Source: a virus. Taken from it: 64,000 bases of DNA. A program made the translations under genes and the position numbers. Location: the IMG/VR virus record IMGVR_UViG_3300045988_103535; one strand, 5' to 3'. Positions 28,532 to 37,707 of the stretch are shown here, piece by piece. The notes under the pieces were generated by a model. That model was given only the letters and a program-made list of their open reading frames with translations, was not told the DNA's origin and did no database searches. Every line of letters begins with the position of its first letter. Within the stretch, counting starts at the first letter, position 1.

Positions 28532-28969
28532 ATGAAAATAGGCGTTATACAAGACGAATTTAAATTCGTGAAATTATTAGAAAGATGTAAAGAAATGAAA
28601 GAACAAGAAAAAGAGGTAAAAGCAGAAACTAAAAAACTGACAGACGAAGTAAAAACTGAATTTAAGAGTAGAGCTATAAATGAATATAATGTTCCAGGTG
28701 TTTGTTGTGTAAAATGCACCGAAGTGGAGAGAACTTCTGTAAATGAAGAAAAGTTGCTAGACATATTAACTAAAATAATTGATGCTCAAAAAGACGAGAC
28801 AGTCGCAGACAGCCTTAAACAATGTATTGAGTATAAACCATGTATTAATGAAAAGAAAGTTCAACAATTACTATATCAAGGTCTTCTAAATGTTGAGGAC
28901 ATAGCTCCTGCTGTAGCAACATCAATACAAACAAGATTAACATTTAGTAAACCTAAAAAGGAGGCATAA
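28532..28969 (+). CDS. Hypothetical protein
   Basis: ORF with RBS (aaaggagaaaaag). Confidence 0.55.
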   Translation: MKIGVIQDEFKFVKLLERCKEMKEQEKEVKAETKKLTDEVKTEFKSRAINEYNVPGVCCVKCTEVERTSVNEEKLLDILTKIIDAQKDETVADSLKQCIEYKPCINEKKVQQLLYQGLLNVEDIAPAVATSIQTRLTFSKPKKEA

Positions 28970-28970
28970 T

Positions 28971-29405
28971 ATGTTTAAAGAATTACAATCTAAAAAGAAT
29001 AGCAAACAGATTATACCTAATGAAAAGGAATATAAAATAGTCGAACACAAACTTCAATTAGCACAAGAACCTAATATGACTGAAATTAGAAAATGGTTTA
29101 TATTTAAGGCAGAAAAAATTTATAGCACTAAAATGTTAGGAACTCAGGTTATATACTGTAATAAGACATTGAATAAAATAAAAGAAAAATATCAATTTAA
29201 TAATCTCGCACTTGCCGCAAAACTAGATGTATGGCTAATTAAATATAAACAATTAGGCTATGACGGCATATTCGATTTTTCTAAACTTAATACCGACTGG
29301 ATATTGCATAACCTTGATGCTAATATTCCTAATTATAAAGGTAAGCATACTTCATATCAAAATAATAATGTAAACCAAATAAATACTGTTAATCGCAGAA
29401 TATAA
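28971..29405 (+). CDS. Hypothetical protein
   Basis: ORF with RBS. Confidence 0.55.
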   Translation: MFKELQSKKNSKQIIPNEKEYKIVEHKLQLAQEPNMTEIRKWFIFKAEKIYSTKMLGTQVIYCNKTLNKIKEKYQFNNLALAAKLDVWLIKYKQLGYDGIFDFSKLNTDWILHNLDANIPNYKGKHTSYQNNNVNQINTVNRRI

Positions 29406-29418
29406 TTTTACTAAAATT

Positions 29419-29455
29419 GCTCAACCCTTGTAATATCAACGGGTTGAGTATTTTG
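29419..29455 (+). terminator. Stem-loop terminator
   Basis: GCTCAACCC...GGGTTGAGTATTTT. Confidence 0.6.
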
Positions 29456-29465
29456 TAACAAAAAA

Positions 29466-29481
29466 GTTACAATATTGTAAC
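29466..29481. promoter_or_regulatory. Perfect 16-bp palindrome, possible operator
   Basis: GTTACAATATTGTAAC, 10 bp upstream of GTTAACA promoter. Confidence 0.45.
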
Positions 29482-29490
29482 TATTTTAAG

Positions 29491-29520
29491 GTTAACATTA
29501 ACAGTCGCAAAAAGTATATT
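29491..29520 (+). promoter_or_regulatory. Promoter, GTTAACA family
   Basis: gTTAACA-N17-TATATT. Confidence 0.6.
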
Positions 29521-29526
29521 ATATAT

Positions 29527-29776
29527 AATTAGTTAAACAAATAAAACAAGTTAAAAAAAATAAAAAAAAATCTAAGCTGCGGAAGTTATTGTGCTAACGC
29601 ACCTCAACTAATATTTATAATTTTAGTAAATTTTAGTTTACACTATAATAAACTATTCGTATATAATATATAAGTAATTAAAGTTTAAGATTTTAGTTAC
29701 TTAATACAAATTATTTCTTTTATTGTATTACCCCCTTTCCACTTTAAGTACCTAATAATTATTAGGTACTTTTTTA
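29527..29776 (+). ncRNA. Candidate ncRNA A (promoter to terminator, no ORF)
   Basis: Lies between promoter 29491 and terminator 29746-29776; contains GTGCtaacGCAC hairpin. Confidence 0.35.
29746..29776 (+). terminator. Stem-loop terminator
   Basis: AAGTACCTAATaattATTAGGTACTTTTTT. Confidence 0.8.
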
Positions 29777-29784
29777 ATTTATTA

Positions 29785-29816
29785 GTTAACAATTTTGTAT
29801 CATATTAGTATATAAT
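29785..29816 (+). promoter_or_regulatory. Promoter, GTTAACA family
   Basis: gTTAACA-N17-TATATAAT. Confidence 0.65.
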
Positions 29817-29821
29817 ATATG

Positions 29822-29919
29822 TAAATACTTTATAGTAATAAAGTAAATCTCCCTTTTATTTTATTTATTTGTTTGGATACTGAGTTGAGGACTCCCCCTT
29901 CAACTCAGTATTTTTTTTA
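29822..29919 (+). ncRNA. Candidate ncRNA B (~95 nt)
   Basis: Between promoter 29785 and terminator 29878-29919; 5' hairpin TACTTTATagtaATAAAGTA, then CTCCCTTTT tract, then terminator. Confidence 0.45.
29878..29919 (+). terminator. Strong stem-loop terminator
   Basis: TACTGAGTTGAGGactcccccTTCAACTCAGTATTTTTTTT. Confidence 0.9.
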
Positions 29920-30019
29920 TTTGAATTACTGATATTAGTTAACGTTTTAGTTAAATTATTATTATATATATAACATACATAACAAAAAATATATTTAATT
30001 TATAAGGAGGAGTAAAAAG

Positions 30020-30673
30020 ATGAAGAAATTACAATTATTCATTAATGAAGAATTTGGAGAAATAAGAGGAATGGAGGTTAATGGTAAACCATATGTAGTT
30101 GCGAGTGATGTAGCTAAAGCATTAGGGTATAAAAGACCAAATGACGCAATATCACAACATTGTAAGTATACTGTAAAACACCGTATACCTCACCCTCAAA
30201 ATAAAACAAAAACTTTAGAGGTAAATATTATACCCGAGGGAGATGTTTATAGATTGATTATAAAATCTAAATTACCGTCAGCACAAAAATTTGAAGAATG
30301 GGTCATGGATGAAGTATTGCCAGAAATAAGAAGAACTGGAGGTTATATAGACGAGGGAGCAACTACACAACAATTAGAACAACTCCAACAAAAAATAAAC
30401 AAATTATTAAATTATAAAATAAAAGGCGATACTATAAACGATGTTTGCAGTGCTACTGGTTTAAGACGTAAAGATATAAAACAATATTTATTTGATAATG
30501 ATTGGGTAGTAGAATATAATGGAGAAATAACAAATTATGATTGTAGATATATCTTTATAGTAAGACATAAAGATATACATTTTACTTCAAAGGGATTAGA
30601 TAAAATATTAAAAGATTTACAACCTCTAAAACCTGTAAGACCATTAATTAATAAAGAACTTTATAGAAAGTAA
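30020..30673 (+). CDS. BRO-N domain protein (antirepressor-like)
   Basis: FGEIRGMEVNGKPYVVASDVAKALGYKRPNDAISQHC...GDVYRLIIKSKLPSAQKFEEWVMDEVLPEIRRTGGYI. Confidence 0.92.
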   Translation: MKKLQLFINEEFGEIRGMEVNGKPYVVASDVAKALGYKRPNDAISQHCKYTVKHRIPHPQNKTKTLEVNIIPEGDVYRLIIKSKLPSAQKFEEWVMDEVLPEIRRTGGYIDEGATTQQLEQLQQKINKLLNYKIKGDTINDVCSATGLRRKDIKQYLFDNDWVVEYNGEITNYDCRYIFIVRHKDIHFTSKGLDKILKDLQPLKPVRPLINKELYRK

Positions 30674-30684
30674 TATACATTTAT

Positions 30685-30716
30685 AGTTAACATTAATATG
30701 TATTAATTGTATATAA
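30685..30716 (+). promoter_or_regulatory. Promoter, GTTAACA family
   Basis: gTTAACA-N17-TATATAAT. Confidence 0.65.
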
Positions 30717-30721
30717 TACAT

Positions 30722-30797
30722 ACAATTCATTAATAGTATTATCTAAATCATTTTCAACCCTTTAGTGTCTGGTAAACACTTTAGGGTTATTTTTTTT
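30722..30797 (+). ncRNA. Candidate ncRNA C (~75 nt)
   Basis: Between promoter 30685 and terminator 30756-30797; no ORF. Confidence 0.4.
30756..30797 (+). terminator. Stem-loop terminator
   Basis: AACCCTttAGTGTctggtaaACACTttAGGGTTATTTTTTTT. Confidence 0.8.
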
Positions 30798-30800
30798 ATA

Positions 30801-30831
30801 TTAACAAAATATGTTACTTTTTATATATAAA
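30801..30831 (+). promoter_or_regulatory. Promoter, TTAACA family
   Basis: aTTAACA-N17-TATATAAA. Confidence 0.5.
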
Positions 30832-30851
30832 ATATAAGAGGAGGTTTTACA

Positions 30852-31565
30852 ATGTATGATGTAAAAGAATTTAAATTTGAGCAAACTAAATGCTGGTTCA
30901 AAACAGTATGTAATAATTATAAGAGTGATATATGTAATTGCGGGTGTCCTTTATATTGTCAATATTATTATTTAGTAAATCTTGCTAATATACCTGAACA
31001 GTTACAGTACCCACAAAATCAAAAGTTGAGCGCAGGAGCAGACATAGAAAAATATCAATACTTAGCTAACTTAAAAGCAAATATTTTAGATTTTGTAACT
31101 GGAGGAAATAATTTATTTATATATAGTAAATATTATGGTAACGGCAAGACAACTTGGAGCATAAAATTAATGTCTAGTTATTTTAGCAGAATATGGCATA
31201 ATAATGGAACGCAGTGCAGAGGTTTATTTGTAAATGTTGATGATTTTCTAATGCAGAAGAAATCCGCTATTTCAAAACGAAATGACCGACTATTACAAAT
31301 TGAAGAACTATTACCTAGCGTAGACATAGTAGTGTGGGACGATATAGGTTGTACAAAGTTGAGTGACTATGACCATTCAATACTATTTCCACTTATAAAT
31401 AGCAGAATAAGTTCTAATAAATGTAATATATTCACATCAAACGTAATTGACGATGAATTCGTAAATAATGTTGGAGGTAGACTTGCAAGTAGAATATTAG
31501 AAACTTCTACAATAGTAGAATTTAATAACCCTCCACAACGTACTCCAAAGGAGGTCAGAATATGA
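30852..31565 (+). CDS. DnaC/DnaI-like helicase loader ATPase
   Basis: LFIYSKYYGNGKTTWSIKLM, VVWDDIGCTKLSDYD, SRISSNKCNIFTSN. Confidence 0.8.
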   Translation: MYDVKEFKFEQTKCWFKTVCNNYKSDICNCGCPLYCQYYYLVNLANIPEQLQYPQNQKLSAGADIEKYQYLANLKANILDFVTGGNNLFIYSKYYGNGKTTWSIKLMSSYFSRIWHNNGTQCRGLFVNVDDFLMQKKSAISKRNDRLLQIEELLPSVDIVVWDDIGCTKLSDYDHSILFPLINSRISSNKCNIFTSNVIDDEFVNNVGGRLASRILETSTIVEFNNPPQRTPKEVRI

Positions 31566-32860
31566 TTGAATTACAATGTATTAATAATATATTAGCTGAA
31601 AACAATATAGAAACATATTTAGAAGAAGGTATCAATGAAGACTTTTTTCCTAATTATATAAAAGAGTGGAATTATATATTAGACCATTACAAGAAATACG
31701 GCAAAGTTCCAGACCAAGCTACTTTTTTAGCAACTTTTACTGAGTTCGATTTAATTGATGTATTAGAACCGCCTAAATATTTATTAGAGAATTTAAGAGA
31801 GGATTATGTATTTAGACAATCTGCCAAACTATTTAATGAGTCAGTTGAGTTATTAAAACAAAATGCTTTTGAAGGACTTAGAAATATATTAGCAAAAGGA
31901 GAGAAATTGCTCGTCAGCAACTCTATCACACATGGAACGGACATTAATAATATTGTTAATCAAAAACTAGAAGAAATTAATAGTAAGAAGCGTATGGACG
32001 GTCTATTGGGAATTTCAACTGGCTTAAAAGAATTAGACGACGTACTTGGAGGTTGGTTACCAGGTGAGGAATTTGTAACCATAGTAGGTAGGGTTAATCA
32101 AGGTAAATCATGGTTATTACAAAAATTTTTGACTTCAGCACATAGTCAACATAAAAGAGTATTATTATACTCAGGTGAGATGAGTGCTATGCAAGTAGGT
32201 TATAGACATGACACTTTAGCCATGAATTATAGTAATAGACAATTAACAAGAGGTACGATTTCAGATTTAGAATTTAGCAATTATGAAAACGATTTACAGA
32301 AAAGAGCTAAAGAGTTAGAGCCTTTTATTGTAGTAACTCCAAAAGACTTAGGCGGCAAATATATGACAGTAAGCATGTTAAAAGCATTATGTAAAAAATA
32401 TCAACCTGACATTATAGGAATAGACCAGTTATCATTAATGGACGATGAAAGACGAGGTGAGAACAGGAGATTACAACTTGCTAATATTACAATGGACTTA
32501 TTTAGATTGTCAGAAGAACTAGGTAAACCTATATTAGCTGATGCGCAAGCTAACAGAAATAAAACAAGTTCAGAAGAACCTGAAAATCCCGAGCTAGCAG
32601 ATATTGGTGAAGCTGATGCAATAGGTCAAAATAGTAGTAGAGTAATTTCATTAGTTCAAACAAAATTAGGGTTATCGCTATTAGTTACTAAAAATAGATA
32701 TGGCGAAAACAATAAAAAATTTATATACAGTTGGGATATAGATTTAGGTACTTTTAGATTTGTTTCTGAGGAAGGTTCGCAAAAAGAAACTGAGTTGCCT
32801 TTTAAAAATAATAGAAATGATATTCCACAAGGTATGCCAAATCCAGTAGACGTTTTTTAA
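31562..32860 (+). CDS. dnaB: Replicative DNA helicase (DnaB-like)
   Basis: LGGWLPGEEFVTIVGRVNQGKSWLLQKF; DIIGIDQLSLMDDER; SRVISLVQTKLGLSLLVTKNRYGENNKKFIYSWDID. Confidence 0.9.
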   Translation: MIELQCINNILAENNIETYLEEGINEDFFPNYIKEWNYILDHYKKYGKVPDQATFLATFTEFDLIDVLEPPKYLLENLREDYVFRQSAKLFNESVELLKQNAFEGLRNILAKGEKLLVSNSITHGTDINNIVNQKLEEINSKKRMDGLLGISTGLKELDDVLGGWLPGEEFVTIVGRVNQGKSWLLQKFLTSAHSQHKRVLLYSGEMSAMQVGYRHDTLAMNYSNRQLTRGTISDLEFSNYENDLQKRAKELEPFIVVTPKDLGGKYMTVSMLKALCKKYQPDIIGIDQLSLMDDERRGENRRLQLANITMDLFRLSEELGKPILADAQANRNKTSSEEPENPELADIGEADAIGQNSSRVISLVQTKLGLSLLVTKNRYGENNKKFIYSWDIDLGTFRFVSEEGSQKETELPFKNNRNDIPQGMPNPVDVF

Positions 32861-32866
32861 AAATTA

Positions 32867-32898
32867 GTTAACATAAATTTTATGAAATTGTATATAAT
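32867..32898 (+). promoter_or_regulatory. Promoter, GTTAACA family
   Basis: gTTAACA-N17-TATATAAT. Confidence 0.65.
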
Positions 32899-32903
32899 AT
32901 AAG

Positions 32904-33000
32904 TAAGAAAAGTAATTCCCATTACACTTTTCTCCTTATAATATATTTTATGAATAATAACCGCAAAAGACTTCAACTCAAAAAGTTGGAGTCTTTTTAT
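32904..33000 (+). ncRNA. Candidate ncRNA D (~97 nt)
   Basis: Between promoter 32867 and terminator 32965-33000; 5' hairpin AGAAAAGTAATtcccATTACACTTTTCT, then CTCCTT. Confidence 0.45.
32965..33000 (+). terminator. Stem-loop terminator
   Basis: AAAAGACTTCAACTcaaaaAGTTGGAGTCTTTTT. Confidence 0.85.
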
Positions 33001-33031
33001 GTTAACAAAATTTATAAAATTTGTATATAAT
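33001..33031 (+). promoter_or_regulatory. Promoter, GTTAACA family
   Basis: gTTAACA-N16-TATATAAT. Confidence 0.6.
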
Positions 33032-33059
33032 ATATAAACATGGAGAGGAGGTTTTACAA

Positions 33060-34046
33060 ATGTTTACAGTAAACGGATTATCGGTTGATGTTGACGGAAT
33101 GACATTATTAACCGATTTACAACAAGACTTGAATGTAAATGGAATTCAATTATTGCATTCAATAAAACCTGTGAATGATAATATTATGATATCATGTCCG
33201 TCTCATAAGTCTGGACAAGAACGCAAGCCAAGTTGTGGAGTTTCATTAGTAAATTCATATGAAAATGGAAAATTAACACCGGCAGGTACAGTACATTGTT
33301 TCACCTGTGGCTATACTTCAGATTTAGCAAATTTTATTTCATTTTGTTTCGGTTATCAAGACGGTGGGTTATATGGCAATAATTGGTTAAAATCAAAATA
33401 TAGAACTACTTTGACAGAAACAACTAGAACATTAGATTTGAATATAAATAGAACTAACACGATTAGCACGTATCCAACAATTCCGAATTCAGTATTAAAT
33501 AATTACGATTATTATTGTAAGTATTTAGCTGACAGAGGCATAGACAAAGAAATTTGTACTAAATTTAGTATAGGGTGTAGTCCAACTGAAATGCTAATAA
33601 CATTACCAGTAAAAGATTTAAAAGGTGATGTGAAATTTATTCAAACAAGAAATATAAATAGTAAATTTTATAAAATACCACCTGGCATAAAGAAAACCGA
33701 TTTTCTATTTGGTGGATATGAATGTATTATCGAAAATTGTAAAATAGTATGGATAGTAGAGTCAATATTCAATGCATTAACATTATGGCAATTAGGAATA
33801 CCTGCAGTAGCATTATTAGGTACAGGTGGAGGTAAACAGTATGAGTTATTAAAAAAATTGCCAGCTAGAGAATATGTAATAGCATTAGATAATGATGAAG
33901 CAGGCAGAGAGGGAACTGCTAAAATTATTCAAAAATTGAATAACACAAAATTGCTAAAAGTTCTACAATATAGTTATAACGATACAAGAGACATTAACGA
34001 TTTAGGTTCAGAAGTACTCAGCCTACCTTTAAAAAATATTTTATAA
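33060..34046 (+). CDS. DNA primase (DnaG-like, zinc-binding plus TOPRIM)
   Basis: CPSHKSGQERKPSCG...CFTCGYTSD; IVESIFNALTLWQLGIPAVALLGTGG; YVIALDNDEAGREGT; supplied ORF start 33021 (TTG) lies inside the -10 region, ATG 33060 has an RBS. Confidence 0.88.
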   Translation: MFTVNGLSVDVDGMTLLTDLQQDLNVNGIQLLHSIKPVNDNIMISCPSHKSGQERKPSCGVSLVNSYENGKLTPAGTVHCFTCGYTSDLANFISFCFGYQDGGLYGNNWLKSKYRTTLTETTRTLDLNINRTNTISTYPTIPNSVLNNYDYYCKYLADRGIDKEICTKFSIGCSPTEMLITLPVKDLKGDVKFIQTRNINSKFYKIPPGIKKTDFLFGGYECIIENCKIVWIVESIFNALTLWQLGIPAVALLGTGGGKQYELLKKLPAREYVIALDNDEAGREGTAKIIQKLNNTKLLKVLQYSYNDTRDINDLGSEVLSLPLKNIL

Positions 34047-34062
34047 AATTTACTCAAAACTA

Positions 34063-34091
34063 TTTACAAATTACATACTTTAGTATATAAT
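34063..34091 (+). promoter_or_regulatory. Sigma70-like promoter
   Basis: TTTACA-N17-TATAAT with downstream ATAAGTATAAAG shared with 24724 and 25857 promoters. Confidence 0.7.
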
Positions 34092-34148
34092 ATAAGTATA
34101 AAGTAAAACAAATAAAATAAATAAATAAAACGATGGGGGTTTAATATT

Positions 34149-34781
34149 ATGAAACAAAACATATTTTTAAATATAATGGATAATTTCACAGGTAAAAAAT
34201 CTGTAGAAGAATTAATCAATGAATATCATACAGGTAACAAAGACGTTATAATAGCATTCGTATATGAAACAGGTTACGCTCAATTCAGTTCAATAGCAAA
34301 CAAATTCTTAGGTGTAGATGAAGCTACTAAAGAATCTGTTATTTTGGAACAAATCTGGAAAGGTTTAGAAAATTACGAAATAGGAAGTAATGCTAAACTA
34401 ACAAGTCTAATATGCACATATATTTATAATGAGTTAAGACATTTAACTCAAGCAGAAAAAATGCAAAAGAGAGTATTAAATCAATGTACACATACACAAT
34501 TATTTTCAGATTACTTTGTTGGAGATGACGACGAAGGAAGTGAAGACAAACATAGTTGCATGGGTCAAACAGACTCAGAAGACTTTGAGGAAGTTGAGTT
34601 GAAATATTATTTAGACTCAATCGAGATGAATGATAATCAAAGAAAATTCTGCGACGCTTTAGTTGAAGGTTGTAAACCAACCAAATCTGCAGTAGCTTCT
34701 CAAATAGGTATTTCAAGAGCAGGCGCTAATGTAGTAGTTAAGGCGTTACAAGAAAAATTAATAGATTTAAAAGCAGTATAA
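34149..34781 (+). CDS. Divergent sigma-factor-like protein
   Basis: ILEQIWKGLENYEIGSNAKLTSLICTYIYNELRHLTQ (region-2-like); SAVASQIGISRAGANVVVKALQEKL (HTH). Confidence 0.55.
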   Translation: MKQNIFLNIMDNFTGKKSVEELINEYHTGNKDVIIAFVYETGYAQFSSIANKFLGVDEATKESVILEQIWKGLENYEIGSNAKLTSLICTYIYNELRHLTQAEKMQKRVLNQCTHTQLFSDYFVGDDDEGSEDKHSCMGQTDSEDFEEVELKYYLDSIEMNDNQRKFCDALVEGCKPTKSAVASQIGISRAGANVVVKALQEKLIDLKAV

Positions 34782-34787
34782 GGAGGA

Positions 34788-37697
34788 ATGAACATGGAAT
34801 TAAAAAATTGGCTAGACACGCAGTTAGGTCAAGATATTTGGACTAGAAAATATCAAAATGGAGACGAGACATTCGACCAATGGCTTGATAGAGTATCAAA
34901 TGGAGATGATGCTGTCAAAGATTTAATATTAAGTAAAAAATTTATATTCGGAGGTAGAATATTAGCATCAAGAGGAATTACTGACAGAAAAGTAACTTAT
35001 AGTAATTGTTATGTATTACCTCCAGTAGGTGACAGTATAGAAGAAATATACGACACTAATAAATACTTGGCAAGAACATTTTCATACGGTGGAGGTTGTG
35101 GTATTGATATATCACAACTAAGACCCAAAGGTTCACCAGTTAATAATGCTGCATTGACAACAACTGGAGCAGTTTCATTTATGGAAACATTCAATAATAC
35201 TTCACAGACTATAGGACAAAAAGGTAGACGTGGAGCATTAATGATAAGTATGGACGTAAACCATGCGGAAATTGAAGATTTTATAAACGCAAAAACTCAA
35301 AATGAAAAATTAGAAGAATGTAATATCTCAGTAAGAACAGATGAATCATTTATGAATAGAGTAATAGATGGAGACGATAATGCAAATAAATTAATGTATA
35401 AATTAGCTGAAAATAACTGGAACTGGGGAGAACCTGGAATGTTATTTTGGGATAATATTAATAAAGAAACATTATTATCTGAGTATATAAAGAATGGCAA
35501 GTTTGAGTTTGCAGGAGTTAACCCATGTTTAGTAGGTGATACACTAATACAAACTATAGAAGGTGCTAAACCTATAAAAGATTTAGTAGGAACTCAACCC
35601 TATGTTTACTGCATGAACGATGAAGGTAAATTAATTATCAAGCAAGCAAGTAAAGTATGGAAAACTAGAGAAAATGCAGAATTAGTTGAAATTGATTTTA
35701 ATAGAGGAAAACTAATTTGTACACCTGACCATAAAATATTTACTAGAAATAGAGGCTGGGTAAAAGCAGTAGATTTACAACCTAAAGATAAATTAAATGG
35801 GTTAGGATTTAGCAAAGGAAATGAAATAGACGAAGTTGTTAAACTATCATCTGATGCAAAATACTATAAACATCATAGATTCATAATGGAACAAATGGGA
35901 TTTGATATTAAGAATAAAGACATACATCATAAAGATGCAAACCACTTAAATAATGTATACAGTAATTTAGAAGTACTAGAACATGATAAACATAGTAGAC
36001 ATACTAATTTAGGTCATAAGTGTTACGCTGACAAAGATTTAGCAACTGGTCAATTTATAGCTAAAGCAGTCAAAGCTAAAACTAAAAAAACTAATAGTGT
36101 TAATCATGTTAATACAGGTAAAAACTTTATAGTAAAATCAGTTACAAAATTAAATTATACTGCTGATGTGTATGACATGACAGTTAAAGGAGTACACAAT
36201 TTTATAGCTAATAATATAATAGTTCACAACTGCGCAGAAGAGCCATTGCCAGCTGGAGGCAGTTGTTTATTAGGTTCACTTAATTTAGCAGAATTTGTAA
36301 AAGACCCATTCGGTAAGAGACCTGCATTTGATATACCTAGTTTTAAACAAGCTGTAAAAGTAGCAATACGAGCATTAAATCAAGTATTAGACGAGGGGTT
36401 ACCATTACACCCATTACAAATACAAAGAGACTCAGTTGCAAAATGGAGACAAATAGGTCTTGGCATTATGGGATTTGGCGACATGCTTATCAAAATGAGA
36501 ATACCATATGGAAGTGATAGATGTTCTAATTTAATAGCAACAATAGGTATGGCATTATGTAATGCTGGACTTCAAGAGTCAGCTTTACTTGCAAAAGAAT
36601 TAGGTACATTCGAAGCATATAATTCAGACTATATACTTAGCTCATTTTATTTACAAAGTAAAATAAAAGAAGGCGTAATATATGAAGAAACTATTGACTT
36701 AATAAAAGCTCATGGTCTTAGAAATAGTCAATTATTTACAATAGCACCAACAGGTAGTATAGGTACTATGTTCGGTGTATCAACTGGAGTCGAACCTATA
36801 TATGATGTCAACGGTTTTGCAAGAACAACAAAATCATTAAACGCTGAGGATAAAGTTTACATGGAATACCCAAATATTGTGCAACGAGCAATTGAAGCTG
36901 ACGATATCGACATGCTAAATAATAAACCGGCATATTTGATAGGAGCAAAAGACTTAGACTTTATGAGTAGAGTAAAAACTCAAGCCGATTGGCAAGTGTG
37001 GATTGATGCTAGTATTTCTAGTACTTTAAATTTACCTAAAGAGTCTCCAGTTGAAGACGTATTTAAAGCATATGTTGCCGCACATGAATTAGGTTGTAAA
37101 GGCTTAACTGTATTCAGAGACGGCTGTAAAAAAGAAGGTATTTTAAAAGGAGTAGCTAAAGAGGAAAAACCTGAACCTACTCAATTAAATGCAATCGACA
37201 CCGACATAAATCATTGTATTGCATTTGGCAGTAAACTGCAAACAGGTTGTGGAAGTTTATGGATGACTGTATATTTCCATAAGAAAACTGGTCAACTATG
37301 CCATATATTCTTAAACAAAGGAAGTAAAGGCGGTTGTAATAGTTATATGGTAGGTTTATCAAGACTAATATCATTAGCAGGTAAAAAAGGAGCAACTGTT
37401 GAAGAAATTGTCGACCAACTAAAATCCGTTGTGGCTTTTCCTTCATTTTTAAGTAGAAAAACAACTGAAGCAAGTATTAGTGACGGCAGAAGTTGTGCAG
37501 AGGCAGTAGGTAGAGAGTTGTTAAAATTACACGAGCAATTTAAACTAAATTATCTTAATCAACCTGAAATTACTCAACTTAAAATTGATAATGAGGTAAA
37601 AATTGAAATTGCAAAATGTCCCGAATGTGGTGCAGAATTAAGTCATACAGGTGGCTGTATTAATTGTTATAATTGCGGTTGGACAAAATGCGATTAG
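34788..37697 (+). CDS. Ribonucleotide reductase (adenosylcobalamin-dependent, class II-like) interrupted by an intein
   Basis: NCYVLPPVGDSIEEIYD, GVNP|CAEEPLPAGGSCLLGSLNL after intein removal, TIAPTGSIGTMFGVSTGVEPIY, KGLTVFRDGCK, C-terminal zinc-like CPECG...CINCYNCG. Confidence 0.92.
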   Translation: MNMELKNWLDTQLGQDIWTRKYQNGDETFDQWLDRVSNGDDAVKDLILSKKFIFGGRILASRGITDRKVTYSNCYVLPPVGDSIEEIYDTNKYLARTFSYGGGCGIDISQLRPKGSPVNNAALTTTGAVSFMETFNNTSQTIGQKGRRGALMISMDVNHAEIEDFINAKTQNEKLEECNISVRTDESFMNRVIDGDDNANKLMYKLAENNWNWGEPGMLFWDNINKETLLSEYIKNGKFEFAGVNPCLVGDTLIQTIEGAKPIKDLVGTQPYVYCMNDEGKLIIKQASKVWKTRENAELVEIDFNRGKLICTPDHKIFTRNRGWVKAVDLQPKDKLNGLGFSKGNEIDEVVKLSSDAKYYKHHRFIMEQMGFDIKNKDIHHKDANHLNNVYSNLEVLEHDKHSRHTNLGHKCYADKDLATGQFIAKAVKAKTKKTNSVNHVNTGKNFIVKSVTKLNYTADVYDMTVKGVHNFIANNIIVHNCAEEPLPAGGSCLLGSLNLAEFVKDPFGKRPAFDIPSFKQAVKVAIRALNQVLDEGLPLHPLQIQRDSVAKWRQIGLGIMGFGDMLIKMRIPYGSDRCSNLIATIGMALCNAGLQESALLAKELGTFEAYNSDYILSSFYLQSKIKEGVIYEETIDLIKAHGLRNSQLFTIAPTGSIGTMFGVSTGVEPIYDVNGFARTTKSLNAEDKVYMEYPNIVQRAIEADDIDMLNNKPAYLIGAKDLDFMSRVKTQADWQVWIDASISSTLNLPKESPVEDVFKAYVAAHELGCKGLTVFRDGCKKEGILKGVAKEEKPEPTQLNAIDTDINHCIAFGSKLQTGCGSLWMTVYFHKKTGQLCHIFLNKGSKGGCNSYMVGLSRLISLAGKKGATVEEIVDQLKSVVAFPSFLSRKTTEASISDGRSCAEAVGRELLKLHEQFKLNYLNQPEITQLKIDNEVKIEIAKCPECGAELSHTGGCINCYNCGWTKCD
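35526..36230 (+). mobile_element. Intein (235 aa) with HNH endonuclease-like region
   Basis: Begins CLVGDTLIQT, block B-like CTPDHKIFT, HNH-like IHHKDANHLNNVYSNLEVLEHDKH, ends GVHNFIANNIIVHN followed by Cys+1. Confidence 0.94.
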
Positions 37698-37707
37698 AGG
37701 TGATATT

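Noticed and set aside
30020-30673. BRO-N protein as evidence of lysogeny control
   Set aside because: BRO-N proteins are common in lytic phages as well; no integrase or CI-like repressor was found.
33021-33059. Upstream TTG start of the primase ORF given in the track
   Set aside because: Falls within the -10 region of the 33001 promoter and has no RBS; ATG 33060 is preceded by gaggaggt.
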